Source: Candidatus Altimarinota bacterium
GTDB lineage: Bacteria > Patescibacteriota > Gracilibacteria > CAIRYL01
Length of the DNA stretch: 64,000 nucleotides
Assembly (NCBI GenBank): GCA_965250085.1
Contig: OZ252287.1
Span: 32,001 to 96,000 of the forward strand
Reading direction: 5' to 3'
Each line of letters begins with the position of its first letter. Position 1 is the stretch's first letter. A model generated the notes under the pieces. That model did no database searches and was not told the origin of the DNA. It worked only from the letters and a program-made list of their open reading frames with translations. Positions 47,561 to 57,780 of the stretch are shown piece by piece. Made by a program: the position numbers and the translations under genes.

Positions 47561-49408
47561 ATGTCATTTGTTCACAAGAAAACTGCATCGGCAGTTGCCA
47601 AGACAAATCCTCTTATAGGGCTTCTTGTATTGAGCACGCTCCTTCTCATGGGAGGTTTGTACCTTTTCCTTGCTGGAAATGATAGCACTTTTTCACCAGT
47701 TCAAGCACAGAGTGGCACCTGCAGTTATGATGCAGTACTAGAAGTAGTAGGGGGAGGAGATCCTATGGATATAGAGAAAGGAGAGATGCTAGAATTTGTG
47801 TCCTCAATACAGAACGAGAGTTCTGATTGTAATGAGAGTGATCAAGGCAATAGCGAGACATATCGGAAGCTAGAAGTAGATGCCGATGGGAATGGAGAAT
47901 ATGAATACACAAGTGACTGGACATCATGTTCGAGTACCACCTGTAAGACAGACAGACATCCGCCAAGATTCACCTATAGCAAAGCAGGACAATATATAGC
48001 GAGAACAAGAATTACTTGGAGAGAAAACCCGAATGGGACAGTAATAGAAGAAGACACTGTTACCATAAACGTAAAAGCCCCACCAGTAATCATAGATCCT
48101 GCATGTAACCTGAATGATCCTGATGGAGCAGGAGACAAGTTTATTCTTGTAAACTTCCAGCCATTCTATCAAGGAGGGAAGAAGATATTTGGGAATTATG
48201 GACCTGCAGATGCAGTTATGGGACCTGTGGGAGTGAATGTTCCCTCAGGAGTGTATAAGATAGAAGCGACCTCATTTGATGACCATAGCCAACAGACGAG
48301 TGATAAAGTCACAAGCCAACAGAGAGAACAATGGGTACTGAGATTCCAGAATGGAGGAGGATCAGTGCTGGCCCAGACGAGAGCGACAAATGATGTACCG
48401 AACAACGCAGACCAGATAAGCCATGTACTGGAGACAGGTTTTGTGATACCAGCGAATGTAAGCAAAGTAGATGCGTATCATGCAGCCTATCCGGGAGCAT
48501 CTACACCAGAGAGTGTTGCACCGGTATGTGCTCTCCTGGAAAATGTGACACCACTGCCAACCTGTAATTTAACATCAACACCAAGTGTTATTAACGCTGG
48601 AGATTCAGCAACCCTCACTTGGACAACAACAAATGCAACTTCTGCTTCAATTGACCCAGGAGTTGGAGTTGTTACCCCCGTAGAAAGCGGTTCGGTCGTT
48701 GTTTCTCCTGTATCTACTATCACATACACTATGACAGTAGACGGGAGCGGAGGACAGAGTATGTGTACAACTACAGTAACAGTAGAAGATACACCACCAC
48801 CAACCTGTAATTTAACATCAACACCAAGTGTTATTAACGCTGGAGATTCAGCAACCCTCACTTGGACAACAACAAATGCAACTTCTGTTTCAATCGATCC
48901 AGGAGTTGGAGCTGTTACTCCTGTAGCTGGTGGCTCAGTCATTGTTTCTCCTTCATCTACTACCACCTATACTATGACAGTAGACGGGAGTGGAGGGCAG
49001 AAGAGTATGTGTACGACTACAGTAACAGTAGAAACTATTGTTCCAGCCAATTTTACCCTCGACAAATCAGCAGACAAGACAGTACTCATTCCTGGTGATA
49101 CCGTTGTTTACACCGTAATAGTAAAAAACACAGGAGGGACAGCTCAAACAGTTCGCCTGACAGATACCATGGCATCTGGCACTGCTGGAGGCAGTATGGG
49201 ACCTATATTTGATGAAAATATTAGTTTTGCTGGTGGGACTTGTACTCCTAGTGGAAGCCTTGCAGTTGATGGAATTGTTTTTCCTGACTTTCCCCCTGGA
49301 GGAGTGGCAACTGTAACGTACAAGCGAACGGTAGACGCCACTGGAGTTGTTTTTGATGCTCCATCTTCGTTTACAAACACTGCAAAACTCTATACATGTA
49401 CTGAATAA
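47561..49408 (+). CDS. Secreted Ig/PKD-like + DUF11 protein whose last DUF11 domain appears C-terminally incomplete
   Basis: N-terminal TM/signal; shared module with 20579 gene; two ~81-aa repeats PTCNLTSTPSVINAG; ends FTNTAKLYTCTE. Confidence 0.82.
   Translation: MSFVHKKTASAVAKTNPLIGLLVLSTLLLMGGLYLFLAGNDSTFSPVQAQSGTCSYDAVLEVVGGGDPMDIEKGEMLEFVSSIQNESSDCNESDQGNSETYRKLEVDADGNGEYEYTSDWTSCSSTTCKTDRHPPRFTYSKAGQYIARTRITWRENPNGTVIEEDTVTINVKAPPVIIDPACNLNDPDGAGDKFILVNFQPFYQGGKKIFGNYGPADAVMGPVGVNVPSGVYKIEATSFDDHSQQTSDKVTSQQREQWVLRFQNGGGSVLAQTRATNDVPNNADQISHVLETGFVIPANVSKVDAYHAAYPGASTPESVAPVCALLENVTPLPTCNLTSTPSVINAGDSATLTWTTTNATSASIDPGVGVVTPVESGSVVVSPVSTITYTMTVDGSGGQSMCTTTVTVEDTPPPTCNLTSTPSVINAGDSATLTWTTTNATSVSIDPGVGAVTPVAGGSVIVSPSSTTTYTMTVDGSGGQKSMCTTTVTVETIVPANFTLDKSADKTVLIPGDTVVYTVIVKNTGGTAQTVRLTDTMASGTAGGSMGPIFDENISFAGGTCTPSGSLAVDGIVFPDFPPGGVATVTYKRTVDATGVVFDAPSSFTNTAKLYTCTE
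47714..48544 (+). repeat. Second copy of the ~830-bp shared module
   Basis: Identical to 21017-21516 over 48017-48516; patchy differences upstream. Confidence 0.95.
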
Positions 49409-49453
49409 TTTTTTGAATGTCTTTCTTCTTGAAACCTTTCATATATAAATACA

Positions 49454-52084
49454 ATGAAAAAAATAGCTTCTCCTAAGGGATTTTCCACTGTTTCACTCCT
49501 CATCATAGGATTGGTGATCCTTGGAATTATAGTCCTCCTTTTTGCAGGACTGGATAACATTCTGTTTCGAGGTGATATTACAGCACCGGACCCAGAGCCC
49601 ATAGGCCCCCCTCCTTCTGCTACGGTTCAATGTAGCACCTCATGTCAAAATCAACAGCTCGTTGCACAAGACACAGAGGTAGTAACTGTAAATGTCCCTC
49701 AGGGACCAGTATGTACTGGTGCGCGACCAGAAAGCCTCACGACTACCAACATGTCTGGAGAATTTATGGTGTTTGCCGATGGAGTACAGAATACGGACAG
49801 AGTATATTTTGCGGTCTTTTCTCTGGCAGATGAACAGGGAAGTGGCAGTAATACAGATGACAGACTTGTATACGAAGGAGAAGATCAGGGAAATGGAACA
49901 TGGAAAGCTACTATTTTGTTAGAAAACCATCCAACAACACCTGACAATCGTATCATTTTTGTACGAGCCTGGATGGACTATCCAGGAAATCAAAATGTAG
50001 AGTGTGGACGAGCAGATTTTGGAATAATCATTCTAGGAACGGGACCAACTTGTGTGCTCACCGCAAATCCGGCAACTATTAATGCTGGTGAAATAAGCAC
50101 ACTGAGCTGGGAAGTCTTCGGAAATGCAACTTCTGCAGTCATGAACCCAGATATTGGAACAATCGCTCTGCCAACCGGTTCTGCAGATGTATCTCCTACT
50201 GATACAACCAATTACACACTTACAGTCAGCAACGTCGACGGAAGTGGTTCTTGTTCAGTGCCAGTAACAGTTGGATCTCCACCAGGAGTTACTCTCTCTC
50301 TCACCAAAACGGTAGATCCTACATCTGCAAATCCTGGAGAAACACTGACCTATACCCTTGAATATAGTAATCAGGGTCCTGGAGACGCGACTGGTGTAAT
50401 CTTAGAAGATGATTTTGATGAGACAAAAATAACGAATATTGATGCTCCAGCAGAATGTTTGGAAGCTGGAGGAATCCTCACCTGTACTATTGGAGATCTT
50501 GCCAATGGAGAAACTGGTCAAATTGTCTATACAGCTGAAATTAAGTCAGATAATGCAATTTTCTTTGAAGGACCACCTGGTGGTGAATTTATTGACAATA
50601 CGGCAACACTTGATTCAGATCAGACAGATCCTATCTCTGACACGGCAAGGGTCACAGTACAGCCTGGCGGTTTGACTCTCGATAAGAGTGCTAACCCCGT
50701 GCGACTGGTGACCGGACAGCAGACAACCTATACCGTGGAAGTAATGAATCACTTTAATTCTTCACAGACCTTTACACTCCAAGATGTCCTTTCTAGTGGA
50801 AATAATGGTGGAACAATTACCATTAACGCCTCTAGCTATCAAGCAGTGTTTGATCCAATAAGTTCAGGAATATTTTCGGGAAATAATCCATTTACTATTA
50901 CGGATTTACAGCCTGGAGCAAAAGTAACGATCACATACACGGGAACTGCCAGTAACGCGGGAATTCCCGTTAATCAAGAATCGCTCTTTCCCAACACGGT
51001 TACCCTGGTAGAAACTGGTGAACAGGATAGTGCTGAAGTTGTAGTCATTGGACCCACACAAGGGACTCCACCAAGCACAGGTGGAGGCGGAGGCGGAGGC
51101 AGTAGAATCATTACAGCTGGTGTGGAATTGGACGTTATAAAAGAGGTACAAGACCGAGATGGACAATGGAAGGATGCAAATGAGATTGATTTCGCCGCAC
51201 TTGTTGCCAACACTCCTGAACAAGCAGTTCATTACCGAGTAAAGGTTACTAATTCTGGAAACATCAGCGGAGAAAATGTAGTGATCGAAGACGTATTTGA
51301 AAGTAGCACCTTAGAAAGACTTGAAATCGAAAATGTCAAAGGAGCTGAATATGATGATGAAGATGATACGTTCATGATTGATGAAATCAGATCGAATGAG
51401 ACCAAGACCATCACCTATGATATGAAACTTGAAAAAACTGGCTCATCTCAGCTTTCTGCCAGCGCGGTTAATACTGCAACCGTTACTGAAGCAGAAAACA
51501 GAAAAGGTCTACCTTTCCGTTATCGCCTCAAACCAGTAGAAGGAATAGGCGAAGATGATCCAGCGTATATTAAAACTGATGACAAAGCTCCTCCTCTAGA
51601 AAGGATTGATGTCAATCTCGACAAAAGTGTGAACAAAGCAGTCGTAAAACCAACCGAAGAAGTAGAATACACTATTCGCGTGAAAAATGTTTCTACCACT
51701 GATTTGCTGGATGTTGTGGTGACAGACCTTTTTCCCTTCAATTCTCTCGAATTTATATCCGCTAGTTCACGAGGAATTCAAAAGGATAATAAAATTGAAT
51801 ATAACAAGAGAATCCTGAGAATTGGAGAAGAATGGATCATTAAGGTCAAAGCAAAGGTTAAAGCAGGAGTACCAGCAGGAACTCATATTAGAAATATTGT
51901 GGCCATCAAAGCAAGTAATGCTGATCTCTCTGACAAACGAGATGAAACAGAAATTGAAACTATTGGTGGAACGACTCCAAAAAGGCTCCAAAGCACAGGA
52001 CCAGAAGAAATGGTAGCACTTATGCTCCTTGTTCTGGGATCACTGCTCTTTGTAACCGGAATACGCAAACGATACTGGTCATAA
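49454..52084 (+). CDS. DUF11 surface protein with pilin-like N-terminal leader and C-terminal sortase-like motif + TM + basic tail
   Basis: KG|FSTVSLLII leader; DUF11 units; GGGGGGSRII; ends RLQSTG + hydrophobic helix + RKR; C-terminal half homologous to 20579 gene. Confidence 0.82.
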   Translation: MKKIASPKGFSTVSLLIIGLVILGIIVLLFAGLDNILFRGDITAPDPEPIGPPPSATVQCSTSCQNQQLVAQDTEVVTVNVPQGPVCTGARPESLTTTNMSGEFMVFADGVQNTDRVYFAVFSLADEQGSGSNTDDRLVYEGEDQGNGTWKATILLENHPTTPDNRIIFVRAWMDYPGNQNVECGRADFGIIILGTGPTCVLTANPATINAGEISTLSWEVFGNATSAVMNPDIGTIALPTGSADVSPTDTTNYTLTVSNVDGSGSCSVPVTVGSPPGVTLSLTKTVDPTSANPGETLTYTLEYSNQGPGDATGVILEDDFDETKITNIDAPAECLEAGGILTCTIGDLANGETGQIVYTAEIKSDNAIFFEGPPGGEFIDNTATLDSDQTDPISDTARVTVQPGGLTLDKSANPVRLVTGQQTTYTVEVMNHFNSSQTFTLQDVLSSGNNGGTITINASSYQAVFDPISSGIFSGNNPFTITDLQPGAKVTITYTGTASNAGIPVNQESLFPNTVTLVETGEQDSAEVVVIGPTQGTPPSTGGGGGGGSRIITAGVELDVIKEVQDRDGQWKDANEIDFAALVANTPEQAVHYRVKVTNSGNISGENVVIEDVFESSTLERLEIENVKGAEYDDEDDTFMIDEIRSNETKTITYDMKLEKTGSSQLSASAVNTATVTEAENRKGLPFRYRLKPVEGIGEDDPAYIKTDDKAPPLERIDVNLDKSVNKAVVKPTEEVEYTIRVKNVSTTDLLDVVVTDLFPFNSLEFISASSRGIQKDNKIEYNKRILRIGEEWIIKVKAKVKAGVPAGTHIRNIVAIKASNADLSDKRDETEIETIGGTTPKRLQSTGPEEMVALMLLVLGSLLFVTGIRKRYWS

Positions 52085-52115
52085 GACAAGGAGTAAGAAT
52101 GAAACAGTAAGTAAT

Positions 52116-52148
52116 AAAAAAGGGCGATCCGACGAGATCGTCCTTTTT
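52116..52148. terminator. Bidirectional intrinsic terminator
   Basis: aaaaaagggcgatc-cgacga-gatcgtccttttt between convergent genes. Confidence 0.8.
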
Positions 52149-52178
52149 GTCAAAAACCCGCCTGATGAGAACTTCTTT

Positions 52179-53903
52179 TTATGCGGCTATTTTGTCGAGA
52201 GTATTCAACGCTTGAGTACGACCCGTGTATTTTTTTCTTTGGTAGAATTGTCGTATTCCCTTTTGAATCTCGCTTTCTTCTCCATTTTTTGCAGAAGTAG
52301 AATTCTCAAGAGCTGCGCGTGTTTTCAAAATAGTACGCTCTAACGCTCTGGGAAATGAAAGTACTCTTCCAGATTCTTCAATTTTGGTTACCTTTTGATC
52401 AGCCACGTTTTTCTTGGCATCCCTTGCTTCTCTTTTGATCTCTTGGGACCTGATATAACTAGCTCTGTTATCCAGAGAAATTACTTCAGCTGATTCGGGG
52501 TCTCCCTTTGAAGAAGAGAGGGGAGTTTCAATTGCTTCCGGTTCGGATATATGGAGCTGTATTTCTTGTTTTCCTGTTTTTGTTTCTGTAATGGCTTCTT
52601 GCTCACTTTTTTCAATTTCTTCATATCCCAAGGGACCGATTTGTTCAGGAGTGTCGTCATAATGTCTTTTGATTTCCTGTACCGTCATATCTCTTCTGGT
52701 TTCTTTTCCTGCATCAAACTCATTTTGCCACGTCAAACTTGCCAGAAGAAAAGGGACCACGTACTCTCCTGCTTCTTGTAAAATCAAATCTTCTATCATT
52801 TCTTGTTTGTTTTTTTGCTCTGATCCGCCTCCAGAGTCAGAATTAATATTTTTTTGGCACTTTGTAATGTTTGCTTCTATCAATTCTTGTTCCTTCGTGA
52901 TTCCTTTTGTTGGTGAAGGATATTGTTTTGCCATGCTCAAAAGTCCCTGATGGGTGACCAAAGATTCTTGCCACTTCAGATTTTTCTCTGCAAATTCTCT
53001 GCTTTTTAGGAGATGCACTTCAAATGGTTCTGCTTTGAGTTCCAAGGTGCATTTTTTTATGTTTTCTCCTGCTCTGCGCTGTACTTGCTGCAAATCAGGT
53101 GTCAGAAGTCCTCCTTTTTGGATTTGAGAGAGTTCAGAAAGAAGTTGTGTATGTTTCCTGACAGATTCATCCCATGCAAATCCATTTTTTGGATGAGACC
53201 ATGCGTCCATATCTTTCATATACTCTTTTGCTCCTTCTTGTTGTGCAATCTTGAGATCTTTCTCAGTGACCTGAGCACACAATTCCGCATACTCGGCAGA
53301 CGCACCCTTCCCGTGTCGTAAACTTTGTAATCCTTTGAGGGTTTTTCCAAATACGGTAATAGAAGCCCTATAACCAAGGTTTTTATATGCCCTTTGTGCT
53401 GGTCGAAACAGAGTCCGAGCTTGAGCATGCCTTTTGAGCTCCAATTTTTCTTCTTGGTGTATTTCTGCTTCTATTTGATCTAATTCTGCAAGAATGCGCT
53501 TCGATATATTTTTTTCAACAAGCTTATCGCTGAGATATAAGTCACTTTTTTCAAGAGCTTCCAAGGCCTTTCTTCTCTTGATGCTTTCCTCAGAAATAAG
53601 GGATATTTCAGCACTGCTAATGGTCTTTTCTAAAAGACCTTTCACAATTTCTCTTTTTTGAGAAACTTTTTCTTTTATTTTATGCTGCCTTTCGAGGTCT
53701 TCTGTGCTTTTTTTTATATCCTTTATGGAAACCGAGCTTGCACCCTCTCTCAAGATATTTGCTACTTTCCGAGTCATTGTTCCCGACTGCACCATATGAT
53801 CGAGGAGGCGCACTTGATCTTGAATGGCTTGCTTTTTATCAGCATCGGACACATCTTTTGGTTCCTTAGTTTTCGATAATGGAGCTACTCCAATGGATGC
53901 CAT
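52179..53903 (-). CDS. Hypothetical charged coiled-coil protein
   Basis: 574-aa K/E-rich ORF with no recognisable motif. Confidence 0.7.
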   Translation of the reverse strand: MASIGVAPLSKTKEPKDVSDADKKQAIQDQVRLLDHMVQSGTMTRKVANILREGASSVSIKDIKKSTEDLERQHKIKEKVSQKREIVKGLLEKTISSAEISLISEESIKRRKALEALEKSDLYLSDKLVEKNISKRILAELDQIEAEIHQEEKLELKRHAQARTLFRPAQRAYKNLGYRASITVFGKTLKGLQSLRHGKGASAEYAELCAQVTEKDLKIAQQEGAKEYMKDMDAWSHPKNGFAWDESVRKHTQLLSELSQIQKGGLLTPDLQQVQRRAGENIKKCTLELKAEPFEVHLLKSREFAEKNLKWQESLVTHQGLLSMAKQYPSPTKGITKEQELIEANITKCQKNINSDSGGGSEQKNKQEMIEDLILQEAGEYVVPFLLASLTWQNEFDAGKETRRDMTVQEIKRHYDDTPEQIGPLGYEEIEKSEQEAITETKTGKQEIQLHISEPEAIETPLSSSKGDPESAEVISLDNRASYIRSQEIKREARDAKKNVADQKVTKIEESGRVLSFPRALERTILKTRAALENSTSAKNGEESEIQKGIRQFYQRKKYTGRTQALNTLDKIAA

Positions 53904-54101
53904 GTGCAGAATATCTTTTTACAGGAGCTCAAGCATGCGTTTTTTTCACTCAAAAAACAAGGGAGGAAAATCAATTACGAATGACAAATTACGAATGCTC
54001 AATGCTAAAAAGCCAATACTCACAATTGACATCTCCTCTCGACAGAGGGAAATATTCCAGTATACTTCAAGGCACGAATATTCGTAATTTTTTGATTTTT
54101 T

Positions 54102-55340
54102 GTGGAAGAACCTCCGTCGCAGATACTCTTTGTTCTTGCCCTTCTCATTATTCTCTCCGGATTTTTTTCGGGCTCAGAAGCAGCGCTTTTGAGTATTGGG
54201 CGTGCCAAAGTACGGGCGCTTAGAGAACAAAAAAGGAGAGGGTCAAAAGCTCTTGAATGGCTCAAAAATCATCCCAAAAGACTCATTATCACTATCTTGG
54301 TGGGAAATAATATCGTCAATGTCCTGATATCTGTGTTGGCGACATTTTGGGCGACGAAAGCCTTTGGCAGTCATGTTTTGGGAATTGTTACCGGAATCCT
54401 CACGCTGCTCATTCTTGTTTTTGGAGAAATCATCCCCAAAAATATGGGACAACTTCATAATGAGAAGTTTTCTCTTTTCGTCGCTCCTATCCTCAGGATA
54501 CTTTCCAAATGCCTTTTCCCCATCGTGTGGACACTTGAAAAATTCTCAGACTCTATGGTGTCCAAAAAAAAACAAGACCCTATTACAGAAGATGAAGTTC
54601 TCGCCATGGTTTCTCTTGGCGCTGAAGGAGGAGCTATTGAAGACGAGGAGAAAGAACTCATCGAAAATGTACTCGAATTTACCGATACCATCACTGAAGA
54701 AGTCATGACCCCCAGAACAACGATGGAAGTGATGGAATCAGACACGACTCTCGCAGAAGCCATAGACTTCTTTATTACATACTCTCACTCTCGCATACCC
54801 ATTTATGAAGACACTATAGACAATATCATTGGCATCCTTACCATGAAACAAGCTCTGAAAGCCTGGAAACAAAATGAAAAAAATAAAATACTCAAAAATT
54901 TAGATCTCAAAAAACCACTTTTTATTCCTACAACCAAAAAAATTGCAAATGTCTTTCGAAGTTTTCAACTCCAAAGAATTCACATGGGAATAGCGGTAGA
55001 TGAACATGGTGGAACAGCTGGAATAATCACTATGGAAGATATTTTGGAGGAAGTCTTTGGAGAAATCATAGATGAAACTGATATAGACGATGTGCCTATT
55101 AAAAAAATAGCAGAAAATGCATGGATCGTATTGGCAGACATTCATTTACATGATTTGGAAGACAGAATTGGGATTGTGCTAGACACACAGGATTCAGAAA
55201 AGACAATATCCAGGTTTTTATTAGAGAAACACCAAGATATTCCAGAGAGAGGGGAAATAATAGAACTGGCCAATGTTCGCCTGGTAGTTGAAAAAATGGA
55301 TGGTCATAAAATAGAAAAAGTGAGAATTCTCAAAAAATAG
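54102..55340 (+). CDS. Hemolysin/CNNM (HlyC/CorC) family CBS-domain membrane protein
   Basis: SGFFSGSE, ILVGNN, FGEIIPK, VMTPR, HSRIP, VDEHGG..GIITMEDILEE. Confidence 0.92.
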   Translation: MEEPPSQILFVLALLIILSGFFSGSEAALLSIGRAKVRALREQKRRGSKALEWLKNHPKRLIITILVGNNIVNVLISVLATFWATKAFGSHVLGIVTGILTLLILVFGEIIPKNMGQLHNEKFSLFVAPILRILSKCLFPIVWTLEKFSDSMVSKKKQDPITEDEVLAMVSLGAEGGAIEDEEKELIENVLEFTDTITEEVMTPRTTMEVMESDTTLAEAIDFFITYSHSRIPIYEDTIDNIIGILTMKQALKAWKQNEKNKILKNLDLKKPLFIPTTKKIANVFRSFQLQRIHMGIAVDEHGGTAGIITMEDILEEVFGEIIDETDIDDVPIKKIAENAWIVLADIHLHDLEDRIGIVLDTQDSEKTISRFLLEKHQDIPERGEIIELANVRLVVEKMDGHKIEKVRILKK

Positions 55341-55382
55341 TTTTGTATTTCTAATTCAAAATTTAGAATTTATACTGGGGAC

Positions 55383-55790
55383 ATGAGACGTTCTTCTGAA
55401 CCACAAAATTTTACAGCGTCACTTCTTCTGATTGCAGGAATTGTAGCAACTGTGTATTTGCTATTTATTTTTTCTAACGCTCTCTGGAAATCTCAAAAAC
55501 AAGAGAGACTTTTTGCCGAATTCCAAGCAGAAATAGAGAGATTAGAAAAAGAGAATAGACAACTGGCAGAGAGATATGCCTTACAGCAAACGAAACAATT
55601 TATTGACCGGTATGCAAAAGCAAATTTAGGAAAAGTAAACACTGGGGAACAAGTCATTGTGCTTCCAGAAGAACAGGAAGAAAAAAAACTCAATTTTGAG
55701 GGACTTACTTCTGAAGAAATAGAACTCGAAATCCTGAAAAATCGTCCTATACGTGAGCAATGGTGGCATGTGTTTTTTGAGAAAGCATAG
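55383..55790 (+). CDS. Septum formation initiator (FtsB/DivIC-like)
   Basis: TM + coiled coil + AK..LG....GEQVIV. Confidence 0.7.
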   Translation: MRRSSEPQNFTASLLLIAGIVATVYLLFIFSNALWKSQKQERLFAEFQAEIERLEKENRQLAERYALQQTKQFIDRYAKANLGKVNTGEQVIVLPEEQEEKKLNFEGLTSEEIELEILKNRPIREQWWHVFFEKA

Positions 55791-55886
55791 ATATGTTCAA
55801 TGAAATCATAGTTTGCTCAATCATTTAGTAAATACTTGACAAAAAGATTATTATATACAATAGTATATTTACTATATTCTCTTAAC

Positions 55887-56573
55887 ATGCGTCCATTAAT
55901 CAGACCCAGCACTCCGTTGCTCTATCAAGAATTGCAAACAGGCAGCGACCCGAGTAGTTCAAGGGGAGATCAGCAACCTGGTCAGGACTGGGAAGATCCC
56001 ACTCTTCGAAGAATAGGAAATTCACCGGAGGATGAGATAAGATACTATGATCAAGAGAACCAGACAATGAGATACTATGGTCCAGAGCTCTTGCAACAAC
56101 AAAAGGCTGAAACATTGATAATATTACACGAAGCTCTCGAAACTGCTTATAAAAAAGATGCTCATGAAGAATTTTCTGCAATAGATGAAAGCAATATTAC
56201 GATAAAATCCTTCGTTCAAGAGGCACAAAATTACAGAAAAATGAGAAGAACACTAGAGGCATCACGGATACTCCAGAAAGCTTTCTTACAATTTCCAAAT
56301 CATCACCTTGTTTTAGATGAGCTCGGTCACGTTGCATTGAAAATGAAAGAGTATCAGCTTGCAGAGAAATTTTTTATACGAGAGAGAGAGTTATATCCCC
56401 ATCTCATATGTACGTATGTATCACTTGCACGTTGCTCTATACAGCAAGGAAAATTTCAAGAAACAATTCAGCAAATTGGAGACGGACTTAGAATTGATCA
56501 TACAGATGAAGGACTGATGAACCTTCGCACACAATACAGAGAAGAACTGGAAAGATTCTCAAGAGTGGCTTAA
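55887..56573 (+). CDS. TPR-repeat hypothetical protein
   Basis: ELGHVALKMKEYQLAEKFF and SLARCSIQQGKFQETI TPR-like helices; probable start ATG 55887. Confidence 0.65.
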   Translation: MRPLIRPSTPLLYQELQTGSDPSSSRGDQQPGQDWEDPTLRRIGNSPEDEIRYYDQENQTMRYYGPELLQQQKAETLIILHEALETAYKKDAHEEFSAIDESNITIKSFVQEAQNYRKMRRTLEASRILQKAFLQFPNHHLVLDELGHVALKMKEYQLAEKFFIRERELYPHLICTYVSLARCSIQQGKFQETIQQIGDGLRIDHTDEGLMNLRTQYREELERFSRVA

Positions 56574-56726
56574 TACTTTTCTAAGTAAGACAGTCAGAGA
56601 ACTTCCTCTAAATCCAGTGTTTTTATGAATAAAAAATTTATTCTTGAATAATTTTGTTGAACACAACATACATTGACAACAGGTGATAATAAATTTAAAG
56701 TAAACAACTTTTCTGTTATTTTCTTC

Positions 56727-57368
56727 ATGAGAAAAAAAGAAATCATAACGTCAATAGTTCATCTGTTTGAAAAGCGGAACAATCCAACTGAAGTACAGAT
56801 TCAAAAAAACACAAGAGCACTTCTCGAAGAACATTTGTTGGAAGGAAATATCCAATTGGGAAAAGAAAGAGAGATTCCTTTAGATGATTTTCATAGAAGA
56901 CTTGCGAATATCCACGATCATGTTCGGAATCGTCAAGCAAGAGGAGAGGAACGTAGCACCAGACCAACAGTCTTCCCGCTTGATTTTCTGGAGAATGTAC
57001 TCGAAGGTTCCTGTCGTCTTGATAAAGAGGATGTTCTCCAATATGAGTCTTCAGCACAAGTCATGGGATATATTGCAGATTTTTTTCACAAAAAACATAA
57101 AAAAGGCGTTAATAGAGAAGGTATTAATACTCTCCGAGTAAATGTGTTACGGATTCTTGAGCATAATAGAACGGGGAATACTGTACATGTACGAATATCA
57201 AAAGGGATACAATCTATGTTCTTGTGGAAATTGTATCTATTGCTTCAGAAGAAACATGAAAAACAAAACGGAGAATCTCTGAGTGTTGAGGCACTAAGGG
57301 GAAGTTTGCCTCCACGAGAGCAGATCGAACACCTTTTACAACAAACGGAGACTCTCCAGAAGAAATAA
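56727..57368 (+). CDS. Hypothetical protein (ORFan)
   Basis: Long ORF, probable start ATG 56727, upstream TTGACA. Confidence 0.6.
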   Translation: MRKKEIITSIVHLFEKRNNPTEVQIQKNTRALLEEHLLEGNIQLGKEREIPLDDFHRRLANIHDHVRNRQARGEERSTRPTVFPLDFLENVLEGSCRLDKEDVLQYESSAQVMGYIADFFHKKHKKGVNREGINTLRVNVLRILEHNRTGNTVHVRISKGIQSMFLWKLYLLLQKKHEKQNGESLSVEALRGSLPPREQIEHLLQQTETLQKK

Positions 57369-57464
57369 TCGGGAGTCCTGATAATACGTAATGCATAAAA
57401 ATATTTTAAAAACATATGCAGGCGGGTATACTCACCCCTGTACTTTTTCTTTTTTATTTCTCTT

Positions 57465-57659
57465 ATGCTTCATAACCATGTTTACAACCTCATGATGCAG
57501 CTCATTGCAGAAAGTAAAAGTCTCAAACGTATTCAAGACGCGTATCAGACTGATGCTGGTGATTGTGATACGTGCAAGGATTTTTGGAAAAAATTGGCAG
57601 CAGAAAAAACTTCTAATATTGAAAAATTGACGAAGATGATTCAGGGACATCTCGAATAA
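57465..57659 (+). CDS. Small two-helix ferritin-like protein with CxxC
   Basis: NHVYNL..QL.AESKSL.RI..AY..DAGDCDTC..FW..L. Confidence 0.6.
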   Translation: MLHNHVYNLMMQLIAESKSLKRIQDAYQTDAGDCDTCKDFWKKLAAEKTSNIEKLTKMIQGHLE

Positions 57660-57780
57660 TATTCTTCTGTAATATAAAAGACAGAAAAATCTCTTGAGAT
57701 AGAGTGATTTTTGTCTATAGTGCATATAGTGTACAGGATACTTAGAGAGGTCTTCCATTGCTCAGTTCTTTTATAAATTT

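Noticed and set aside
21017-48516. Exact 27,000-bp offset of the identical core as a sign of artefact
   Set aside because: The offset is 27,003 upstream of a codon indel and both ORFs stay intact, so it is treated as coincidence. Read support is still advisable.
20711-48544. Shared module as a DGR template/variable repeat pair
   Set aside because: Differences are not adenine-specific and include an indel and synonymous changes, both copies are coding, and no reverse transcriptase is in the window.
48487-48966. Long antisense or shadow ORFs over surface-protein and housekeeping genes (also 7312-7815, 11145-11690, 59286-59858)
   Set aside because: They are explained by codon bias of the real overlapping genes and show no independent motifs.
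49406-49456. Simple stop-codon readthrough fusing the 615-aa and 876-aa genes
   Set aside because: Two in-frame stops (TAA, then TGA) and an internal hydrophobic leader lie between them.
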